Part shown: one piece after another, positions 27,237 through 34,366 of the stretch
Layout of the letters: every line of letters starts with the position of its first letter
Position numbering within the stretch: the first letter of the stretch is position 1
Origin: a virus
Lineage: Duplodnaviria > Heunggongvirae > Uroviricota > Caudoviricetes
Length of the DNA stretch: 64,000 nucleotides
Virus record (IMG/VR): IMGVR_UViG_3300037400_006466
Location: 172,098 to 236,097 of that record
Direction: 5' to 3' (one strand)
The notes under the pieces: model-generated
Seen by the model: the letters and a program-made list of their open reading frames with translations, nothing else
What the model was told of the DNA's origin: nothing
The model's database searches: none
Made by a program: the position numbers and the translations under genes

Positions 27237-27598
27237 TTGTCTTCTTCCTTTTTCTTTCCTCTGCCCTTGTAGGTGAAAGATTCAAGGTCATTCCATCCGC
27301 TTGACCTGTTAATCACTCCTCTGACCTTTTTGACCTTGTTGGGTCTGGCAGGCATCTTATGGAACTCCCACCATTCAGAACCATCATACTCTCCACGGGT
27401 CATGTAGAAATCCTTGCCTACAACCAAAAGGTCTTCGGCTACTTCAGCACACCCCCAGCCTGAGTCATACTCCTTGTCAAAGAGCTTGGAACAATCTTCC
27501 TTGGGAATCTCAAAGTCATAACAACCTACCCATTCCACATCATCCCATGAATAACCATGCTCATCGAGCACTTCATTTGTCTCTTCCCAAAGATTCAT
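27233..27598 (-). CDS. hypothetical protein
   Basis: ORF. Confidence 0.55.
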   Translation of the reverse strand: MNLWEETNEVLDEHGYSWDDVEWVGCYDFEIPKEDCSKLFDKEYDSGWGCAEVAEDLLVVGKDFYMTRGEYDGSEWWEFHKMPARPNKVKKVRGVINRSSGWNDLESFTYKGRGKKKEEDK

Positions 27599-27783
27599 GA
27601 TTTCTTCTCCTTTTTCTCCAACTTCTTACAGTCTCTTGTAAAGGAGCACAGTCCGATTATAAGACAAAGGCTGATTCCAATAGCAACTCCCAAAAGACCT
27701 GCCATGATGGTATTTCTCACCATATAGGAATTATATATCTCCATTATTGCAGTATATATCTCAAGTCTGGTTGCAGCGTCCAT
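27595..27783 (-). CDS. small membrane protein
   Basis: ORF containing a hydrophobic helix. Confidence 0.5.
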   Translation of the reverse strand: MDAATRLEIYTAIMEIYNSYMVRNTIMAGLLGVAIGISLCLIIGLCSFTRDCKKLEKKEKKS

Positions 27784-28172
27784 CAGTATATCTCCTTGTT
27801 TATATCATCCTCAAACTTATCAATTATCTTGAGAATCTTAGAGTTCTTAGGGTCTTCATCCTCTAAATCCTCGAGAATATCCTCAAGGATATCAATTGCC
27901 GCCTGCATATCATCTTTCAAATCATCAACAAAGTCCTCATAATCACCGACTTCGTTCTCAAGGTCCCTTATTTCAGAATCCTTTTCGTCAATGTCATTCT
28001 CAAGTTCCTCAATCCTATCATCAATAGGATAATCTGACTCAGGAACAATAGAGAAGGTATTTGCACCGATATTCTCTATTTTCTTGATACCTACACCATT
28101 AATGGTAATCTCAGCATAAGGCGCCTTCCAACTGTTCAGTTCCTCAATAAGCTCTTTGATATCCATAATCAC
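27783..28172 (-). CDS. acidic protein of the KELIEEL family
   Basis: ORF. Confidence 0.55.
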   Translation of the reverse strand: MIMDIKELIEELNSWKAPYAEITINGVGIKKIENIGANTFSIVPESDYPIDDRIEELENDIDEKDSEIRDLENEVGDYEDFVDDLKDDMQAAIDILEDILEDLEDEDPKNSKILKIIDKFEDDINKEIY

Positions 28173-28474
28173 TCCTCCCCATAATATGTTCCATATTCCT
28201 TTGCGAACATCTTCTGATATTCCTCGAACTTGATTTCCTCTTCATCGGTCAATTCACCCCTGAAGGATTTTCTCATAAGTTCCTTATAAACAGGGTCAAA
28301 CATATAATAGACCTCTTCCATATAATCGAAATTGTATGCTCCGAGGCCTACATCCTGTATCTTGCCCTCATCATCCTCCCATTCCACGAAATAGCACTGG
28401 CCATAATCATTGAGACCTAGCTTTATGTCTTTTCCGTCTATGTGAAAGGTCTTCACATACTCATTCGTATCCAT
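28169..28474 (-). CDS. hypothetical protein
   Basis: ORF. Confidence 0.55.
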   Translation of the reverse strand: MDTNEYVKTFHIDGKDIKLGLNDYGQCYFVEWEDDEGKIQDVGLGAYNFDYMEEVYYMFDPVYKELMRKSFRGELTDEEEIKFEEYQKMFAKEYGTYYGEE

Positions 28475-28480
28475 AAGCCC

Positions 28481-28828
28481 TCAATACCATGTGGCTCCCA
28501 TAAGTCTGAACCATTCATCAGGTACATCAAATCCCAAGGAATCCTTGATAATCCTCTTCACCTTCTCCCTGCATCTGCTGAGATTCTCAGGACTGACATC
28601 AAGGCTGATATTCTCTGCTCCATCACTCCAATAGGAAAGGGACTCTCCTATTATCTCATCCTCACAGAAAACGATATCCCACAAAGCATCATTATAATCC
28701 CTGTTACGGTCACTTTTGGCATCACCCCATTTCTCACAGAACTCATCCTCAAGCATCTCTGAGGGGAATCCATAGATGATATAACTTGAACTTGAGCTGT
28801 TGCTCACAAATCCTCTTCTAACCTTCAT
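28481..28828 (-). CDS. member 7 of the MKIRNGFVSNSSSSSF family
   Basis: N-terminus MKVRRGFVSNSSSSSYIIYGF. Confidence 0.7.
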   Translation of the reverse strand: MKVRRGFVSNSSSSSYIIYGFPSEMLEDEFCEKWGDAKSDRNRDYNDALWDIVFCEDEIIGESLSYWSDGAENISLDVSPENLSRCREKVKRIIKDSLGFDVPDEWFRLMGATWY

Positions 28829-29168
28829 TCACATTCTCCTCTATGTTCATATGTATCACCTTGAACAGTCCGTCAGGGATATAGACACCAGTCTCCTTCA
28901 TGATGAACTCCTGGAACAGCCTGCGGGAATAGGCCAGGGAATCGAATCTTACATCTACCCTGTCATTCATTTCACCCAAGGATACTGAGGACACTGAGGG
29001 ACCTATGACAATATCAGTGTTGATGCTGTGGACATACCTCCATGGAATGATGCCCTTGATTCTCTCCCAATCACTGGAAGTGATCTCACTTTTCTTGAAT
29101 CCATATATCATATAACTGGTTATCTTCTTCATATATCTAATATAATGAAAGCATTCAAGCCTCTTCAA
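28818..29168 (-). CDS. hypothetical protein
   Basis: ORF. Confidence 0.5.
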   Translation of the reverse strand: MKRLECFHYIRYMKKITSYMIYGFKKSEITSSDWERIKGIIPWRYVHSINTDIVIGPSVSSVSLGEMNDRVDVRFDSLAYSRRLFQEFIMKETGVYIPDGLFKVIHMNIEENVNEG

Positions 29169-29355
29169 TCTTTGATATGCATTCCCTGCTGAAAGTCAGC
29201 TCTTTTCTTATATCATCAAATCTTATGATGAATGACTTCCCGTCATCACTTCTATAAACAATCTTACCTATCTTTCCAAGAGGTTCAGGAAGCTCCTTGT
29301 ACTTCCTGTCCTTTGGATTCCTTATTATCTTCACCTTGTCTCCAGGTCTTATCAT
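29155..29355 (-). CDS. small KOW/SH3-like protein
   Basis: ORF. The GDKVKII...GKIGKIV pattern suggests this fold. Confidence 0.45.
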   Translation of the reverse strand: MIRPGDKVKIIRNPKDRKYKELPEPLGKIGKIVYRSDDGKSFIIRFDDIRKELTFSRECISKIEEA

Positions 29356-30320
29356 CAGATTCCCTTTTCCTTTCTGTATCTGAATATGCTTCTTGCCAAA
29401 GGGTCAGTCTCATCTTTACTTTCCCAATAAGACGCCCTTTTGTCAAAGTACTCCTTCTCAAGGTCAGGATTCAGCTCCACTCCGAACGGGTCAGGGTCCT
29501 CGAACTCAAGATTGTCCCATTGGACTCCGAAGGACTCAGCTGAGTTCTCCTCCTTGTAGTACTGACCTTTGGAATGGTCACTCAAGCTACAATCAGCAGG
29601 AAGTGGGACCCAGTAGTCAAGAAGCTCAGGAACCTTCCTCTCCTCAACGTGCTTGATATGGGCGAGAACATCCTTAAGCTCATCCTTGTGGATATAGTAG
29701 TCTATACTGTCATGGATCTCATTCCATACCCTTGACTTATATCCCTTGGATATGAGCCAATCCTCTATCTCCCTCATGGCCCTTCCCCTTATGCAGGCCT
29801 CGAAGTTCTGTGCCAGATAGTTCTTGGCTATGTTCTCAAGGTTCTTCAACTCACCTGAATAGAACTTGTTATCATAGGCTCCCCTCAACCTCAGCTCAAT
29901 GAGATTTCTGGTTGACCCGAAGACAGACCTGCAATATCCGTGTTTGGCGGCATAGTCCACCTCTCTGTCACATCTTGTGAGAAGTCCAGGATATCCATCA
30001 AAGAATCCCTTTCTCATTCTTGATGCGGCGGCCACATACCTCTGATGCTCATCTGTAAAAGTCTTGTATTTGGCTCTGACTTCCTCAAGCTCAGGTTCAC
30101 AATGGTTGTCCTCAATGTACTGGTCAACATCATTTATGTTCCAGTATATCTCAAGGGAATACTGTGACAGGATGCTGGCACTTCCTCCGAAAATCAAAGA
30201 GAAGTTCTCAGCCTTGGCGATTTGTCTGAACTTCTTGTAATCACCATATCCTTTCTGTTTCTTGAACTCATTGAGGGTTATTTCCCTGTGTTCTGTTCTT
30301 CTTGTTATCTTACAGGGCAT
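29355..30320 (-). CDS. family A DNA polymerase, C-terminal fragment (fingers O-helix motif B and palm motif C)
   Basis: FRQIAKAENFSLIFGGSA matches motif B (RRxAKxxNFGxxYG). VWNEIHDSI matches motif C (HDE). There is no motif A or exonuclease here; those are in 34367..36496. Confidence 0.8.
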   Translation of the reverse strand: MPCKITRRTEHREITLNEFKKQKGYGDYKKFRQIAKAENFSLIFGGSASILSQYSLEIYWNINDVDQYIEDNHCEPELEEVRAKYKTFTDEHQRYVAAASRMRKGFFDGYPGLLTRCDREVDYAAKHGYCRSVFGSTRNLIELRLRGAYDNKFYSGELKNLENIAKNYLAQNFEACIRGRAMREIEDWLISKGYKSRVWNEIHDSIDYYIHKDELKDVLAHIKHVEERKVPELLDYWVPLPADCSLSDHSKGQYYKEENSAESFGVQWDNLEFEDPDPFGVELNPDLEKEYFDKRASYWESKDETDPLARSIFRYRKEKGI

Positions 30321-30499
30321 TAAGTTGTCCTCCTTTGGTCATATACAGATTTTCAAAAATATATGAATCCACTATTAATATAAATCTTTATTTAAGATTC
30401 CTGGGAGGAAACTAATAGGCTTTTTAAGAACTTCTTTCCTCTGGTAACATTTATATATTTTATCATAGAATTAATATAAAATAAAGTAATGAGTATTTA

Positions 30500-30532
30500 T
30501 AAAAATAGGGTCAATTACTTGACCCCATTTTA
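30500..30532. terminator. hairpin terminator, T-rich on both sides (bidirectional)
   Basis: Stem gggtcaa / ttgaccc with loop ttac. Flanked by aaaaata and cattttatt. Confidence 0.5.
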
Positions 30533-30691
30533 TTGAAATTAATAAACTTCGGCTACTCTGGTTAGAGTCGGATACATCCCTACATCAATAGGAGTAGTAT
30601 AGTTTTTAAGTTCCTTAAGGACCCTTTGTTTAGTCTTTTCATCTACAAAGCCATACTCCTCAATTACCTTAGTTACGGATTTCTTGACGAT

Positions 30692-31417
30692 TTAACTTTT
30701 ATTTTTTGGCAATCTTCCTAAAGTACATCCTTCTGGACAAGTATTTGCAAAGAATTCTTGTGTATCATTATGATACCATTTTCTTCCTTTTTTAAATTCA
30801 GAAGAAAGAGCAGGATTATCTTTCATTTTTTCTAAAAGATTTGCTCTCTTTTCTGGGTCTGACCACATAATTTTATTATGATGTCTTGTACCATTTTTAC
30901 ATCTTTCTTGTTTTTGTATGTCTTCTTCTGACTGTGACTTCCAAAAGGCTTTTTGTTTTTCTATGCTCTCTTTAGATTTTTTCTTTCCAGTCCAATATAC
31001 TTTATTAAATTCTTTCATTCTATCAGAAGCATCTTTTCTTTGTTTAGGTGTATTTGCATATTTACCAGCTTGAGTAGAATTCCATCCTTCTCCACCAGAA
31101 CCTATATTATATTCTGCTTTTCCATTCAATCTATATTGTTGAATATAATATTTTTCTACTTCTGATATTTCTTGAATAGTAATATTATCTTTTTCAAAAA
31201 GAATCTGTTTAGAGAAATTTTCTTTACCATACTTTTGTATGGCTTCTCTTATTAATTTACCAGAACCATAATAGTCATTAAAATCTTCATCAATTTTTGG
31301 TGAATGTTGACCTATGTAAGTTTTATTATTGATTAAATTGGTGATTAAATAAACATACCTATATTTAGGTATTTGATTTGATTTTCTCATATTATTTTCC
31401 TTTAAAGAGGATTCCAC
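30692..31417 (-). CDS. GIY-YIG homing endonuclease
   Basis: KYRYVYLITNLINNKTYIGQHS...YYGSG is a GIY-YIG motif. A Lys-rich C-terminal region could bind DNA. Codon usage is AT-rich. Confidence 0.8.
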   Translation of the reverse strand: MESSLKENNMRKSNQIPKYRYVYLITNLINNKTYIGQHSPKIDEDFNDYYGSGKLIREAIQKYGKENFSKQILFEKDNITIQEISEVEKYYIQQYRLNGKAEYNIGSGGEGWNSTQAGKYANTPKQRKDASDRMKEFNKVYWTGKKKSKESIEKQKAFWKSQSEEDIQKQERCKNGTRHHNKIMWSDPEKRANLLEKMKDNPALSSEFKKGRKWYHNDTQEFFANTCPEGCTLGRLPKNKS

Positions 31418-31507
31418 GCCTCTATATATAATTAGTATATAAAAGAGTTAGGCACACCTATGAGATAAGTGTGCCAATAAGGTGGAATCTTACTGTCCTC
31501 TATAATT

Positions 31508-32479
31508 TTAGTTCAAATTTACAAGTGTGCCATTAGCTGTAAGTGGCACATAACTTGGAACTCTGCGTCCATCCCACAAATTAGCTTCAATTTCACTTAT
31601 ATCAAGTTCTCTTGTAAGTTCAATAATTTCCTTATAAGGAAGTAAGCTTTGATAATAACTAGCTTCTGCTTCTCCAGCTAGCTTTCTAGCCTGTGCTTCA
31701 GCTTCTGCTGCTATAACCTTAGCATCTGCTTCTGCTTGCATTTTTGTTTTTAATGCAATAGCCTCCTGCTCTGCTACAGCAACTCTCATTTGTGCTTCAA
31801 CCTCAGCTTTTTCCTTTGTAGCGGTTGCTTCTGCTACCTGCTTCTGAGCCTGTTGTTTAGTAACCTCAAGCTCCTGCTGAGCTACCTTAACCTGCTGGGC
31901 CATTCTCATTGTATTGGCAATCTGTTCATCAAACTGTGAGCTCCAATCATAATTATTTATAGTTAAAGAAGTTATAATAACAGGATACTTTTCCAGTCTA
32001 TCAATAAGAGCAATTCTTACTTTTTCTGTAACTTCCTCTTGTTTTTCAATAATATCATAGATGGAGTACTTACCGATTACCTCTTTGATAGCACCGAGTG
32101 TGTTGTCTCTGACAAGACTCTTGATTGTGGAATCCTGATATCCGTTTACAATATCCAGGATTCTGGTCTCATCATATGTCCAATAGGCGACAAGTTCACA
32201 GGCAACAGACTGCATATCTGAAGTGACTGCGGCATCCTGTCCCATACTGAATGTCATGTTGAGTGCCTTTGGACTCAGGTCATACTTTCTGACAGTCTGA
32301 AAGAAAGGTGCTTTGACCTGTATTCCAGGATTAAGTACAGTATCACCTGCCTTACCCATCGTGACCTTGACTCCTCTCTCAGTCGGATTAAGAACTGTAA
32401 ATGATGAAAAGACAAGTACCAAAAGTACCGCCAACATAACACCACCGATAATAAGCTTTTTCAGTGTCTTGGAATTCAT
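31508..32479 (-). CDS. SPFH / band-7 (stomatin/prohibitin/HflK-C-like) membrane protein
   Basis: N-terminal transmembrane helix, then an SPFH-like core (GVKVTMGKAGDTVLNPGIQVKAPFFQTV...), then a long Ala/Glu/Gln-rich coiled coil. Confidence 0.7.
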   Translation of the reverse strand: MNSKTLKKLIIGGVMLAVLLVLVFSSFTVLNPTERGVKVTMGKAGDTVLNPGIQVKAPFFQTVRKYDLSPKALNMTFSMGQDAAVTSDMQSVACELVAYWTYDETRILDIVNGYQDSTIKSLVRDNTLGAIKEVIGKYSIYDIIEKQEEVTEKVRIALIDRLEKYPVIITSLTINNYDWSSQFDEQIANTMRMAQQVKVAQQELEVTKQQAQKQVAEATATKEKAEVEAQMRVAVAEQEAIALKTKMQAEADAKVIAAEAEAQARKLAGEAEASYYQSLLPYKEIIELTRELDISEIEANLWDGRRVPSYVPLTANGTLVNLN

Positions 32480-32498
32480 TTTATATTCTCCTTAAAAA

Positions 32499-33068
32499 TT
32501 AATTATCTTTGACATATATGACAGTATGACAGGAATCAACTTCTGAGCTTATGAGCTTGAGTCTGTCCCACTTGACATACATTTCCTCTACTTCTTTGAT
32601 GCTCTCATTGAATTCATCAAGGTCTTCCTTCACTCTGTCCTCTATGGTCTTTATGATTGTGTCAGGCTCACCGAACCATATATATTCATTATCAAAGTCC
32701 TGAATCATTATGTATGGTCTGTCAATCTTGAATCCATCAAAGTCCTTGTAGAATATAACACTGACTTCCTCAACCTCTCTCCAGAAGTTGATATAGACAT
32801 TCAACAAGTCAATATGCTCCTGGGTCAGAGGCCATACCACATACCAGTCTCCATCACCAACCTCATGATATGGTGTGCTGAGATATCCAGGAGTCGGATT
32901 ATATAACTTGGTAATACTGTGACAGAACTCATCAAGAGAGTGTTTCTGTTCTTTCATGGCCTTCTCTGCCTTACAACTTGCCTCCCAAAACTCACACTGA
33001 GCCTTACTTGACCATCTTTTTCCATCTTCTGACTCATACAGAATCTGTGTATTGACTATTTCTCTCAT
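32499..33068 (-). CDS. hypothetical protein
   Basis: ORF. Confidence 0.55.
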   Translation of the reverse strand: MREIVNTQILYESEDGKRWSSKAQCEFWEASCKAEKAMKEQKHSLDEFCHSITKLYNPTPGYLSTPYHEVGDGDWYVVWPLTQEHIDLLNVYINFWREVEEVSVIFYKDFDGFKIDRPYIMIQDFDNEYIWFGEPDTIIKTIEDRVKEDLDEFNESIKEVEEMYVKWDRLKLISSEVDSCHTVIYVKDN

Positions 33069-33234
33069 TTTCTATTACTTCCTTCTATATATTGTTATTG
33101 GAGGTAAGAGGAGTCGAACCTCTGTGTCAGTTCAGTGCGTCCTTATCAGGGAACAGGGGATTTCGTAGCATGGGCCTTTCGTCTCTCCTAATCACCTTAC
33201 TGGTCGAATACCGATGTACCCCCAAGTAGCCTTG

Positions 33235-33624
33235 TCAGGCAGTCTCTGACTTTACCTTTGAGAGAGCCAGGGTGTAAACCATATCATTGGTAAGACACTC
33301 AAGGGAATGAAGAACGATGATAACCTTCTCAAAGAGAGGGTCTCCCATGCTTGATCCCATAGGGATAACACATCCGCTTCTTGTCTCAATGTCCTTGACG
33401 CTGAGATTCCCGAAATCCCTCAGAAGAAGAGGATTCTTCTCCCTGCACTCGACGGCTCTCTGATGGGCGAGATCCTTTCCTTTGTCCCTGTCGAACTTGT
33501 CAATCTTTGTGTTACAAAGGGACATACCCAGTCCGAACTTTCCCCTGTCATAGATAAGCTCCATGACACCGAACTTGTGACCATCAAAATCCTTGATGTA
33601 CCTTACTCTGCTGATTGTACTCAT
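33235..33624 (-). CDS. hypothetical protein
   Basis: ORF. Confidence 0.55.
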   Translation of the reverse strand: MSTISRVRYIKDFDGHKFGVMELIYDRGKFGLGMSLCNTKIDKFDRDKGKDLAHQRAVECREKNPLLLRDFGNLSVKDIETRSGCVIPMGSSMGDPLFEKVIIVLHSLECLTNDMVYTLALSKVKSETA

Positions 33625-33650
33625 ACTATATTTCTCCTATAATGATTATC

Positions 33651-34037
33651 TCAATGAAGATTCCATGCCTCCAGGGGCTTTCCGTCCCAGACACCATAGG
33701 AAATCTTGTCATAATCAACCTTCACCTTGGGAAGGCCCTGCTTGGTGTAGGTGACCTTCCTGCGGATTGTGGAGGGATCCCACTGGCTTCCCTCAGCCTC
33801 CACCCATTCTCCGTCACTGCCCTTCTTGGGAGCGACATGGTAGGGGTCGTCATAGTAATGGGGACCTTTCTTGCCATCATCATAAAGGGTCTCATGCTGA
33901 AGCTCCACAAGGGTCACCATCGACGGTGTGGTCTTAGTCACCTTATAAAAGGTGTATCCGCAGAACTCCCAACCATATGTTGACTTGGCTGCCAGAATAT
34001 CCCCGACCTTGATACTGTTGACTGCTGTGTTTGCCAT
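33651..34037 (-). CDS. hypothetical protein
   Basis: ORF downstream of a consensus promoter. Confidence 0.6.
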   Translation of the reverse strand: MANTAVNSIKVGDILAAKSTYGWEFCGYTFYKVTKTTPSMVTLVELQHETLYDDGKKGPHYYDDPYHVAPKKGSDGEWVEAEGSQWDPSTIRRKVTYTKQGLPKVKVDYDKISYGVWDGKPLEAWNLH

Positions 34038-34090
34038 AGGTCTCTTTCTCCTTACAATCCTATATTAACACACCATGGACTTTTTGTCAA
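34038..34090 (-). promoter_or_regulatory. sigma-A-like promoter (TTGACA-N17-TAATAT) plus GTAAGGAGA
   Basis: Minus-strand read: TTGACAaaaagtccatggtgtgtTAATATaggattGTAAGGAGaaagagacctATG. Confidence 0.55.
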
Positions 34091-34099
34091 TAGCCATAA

Positions 34100-34363
34100 T
34101 CAGATTTTTCCGAATGACCATTCAGTGTTGTGTATGATGCTGTTCACCTTGGCGGTCTCAACCAGTCTGTCAAGGAACACACATACTGACATATCCCAGT
34201 CCCTTCTCTCACAATCAGCTATGAAGTTCAACCTTGTGTCCCTTGTCATACGCACACCTGAAGCCTCACATAGCCTTTTCACAAAGCTGTCCTTATCAAG
34301 GAGTTCAGGCACAATATCAGCCATATTCAGCAACCTGTTCTTTCTGTCAAGTATATCAACCAT
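34100..34363 (-). CDS. hypothetical protein
   Basis: ORF. Confidence 0.5.
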   Translation of the reverse strand: MVDILDRKNRLLNMADIVPELLDKDSFVKRLCEASGVRMTRDTRLNFIADCERRDWDMSVCVFLDRLVETAKVNSIIHNTEWSFGKI

Positions 34364-34366
34364 ATC

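Larger units (their letters stand above)
30330..31500 (-). mobile_element. AT-rich island carrying a free-standing GIY-YIG homing endonuclease gene
   Basis: This stretch is visibly lower in GC than its flanks. It holds a hairpin terminator (30500..30532) and a homing endonuclease ORF, and it lies between the two halves of the polymerase. Confidence 0.45.

Noticed and set aside
30541-30600. tRNA-like D-loop fragment TGGTTAGAGTCGG with a ctactc...gagtag inverted repeat, next to the homing-endonuclease terminator
   Set aside because: I could not fold it into a cloverleaf with an acceptor stem, a T-arm and an anticodon loop. Treated as an incidental structure in an AT-rich spacer.
33095-33226. 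tRNA-like element in the 166-nt gap between 32499..33068 and 33235..33624. On the minus strand it has a perfect T-arm (agaGGTTCGACTCCtct) followed by tacctcc.
   Set aside because: No 5' acceptor strand complements it within 70 to 90 nt. The only match (gggggta) lies about 129 nt away, too far for even a class II tRNA. No D-arm or anticodon arm folds. More likely a tRNA-derived remnant or a plain hairpin. tRNAscan could confirm.
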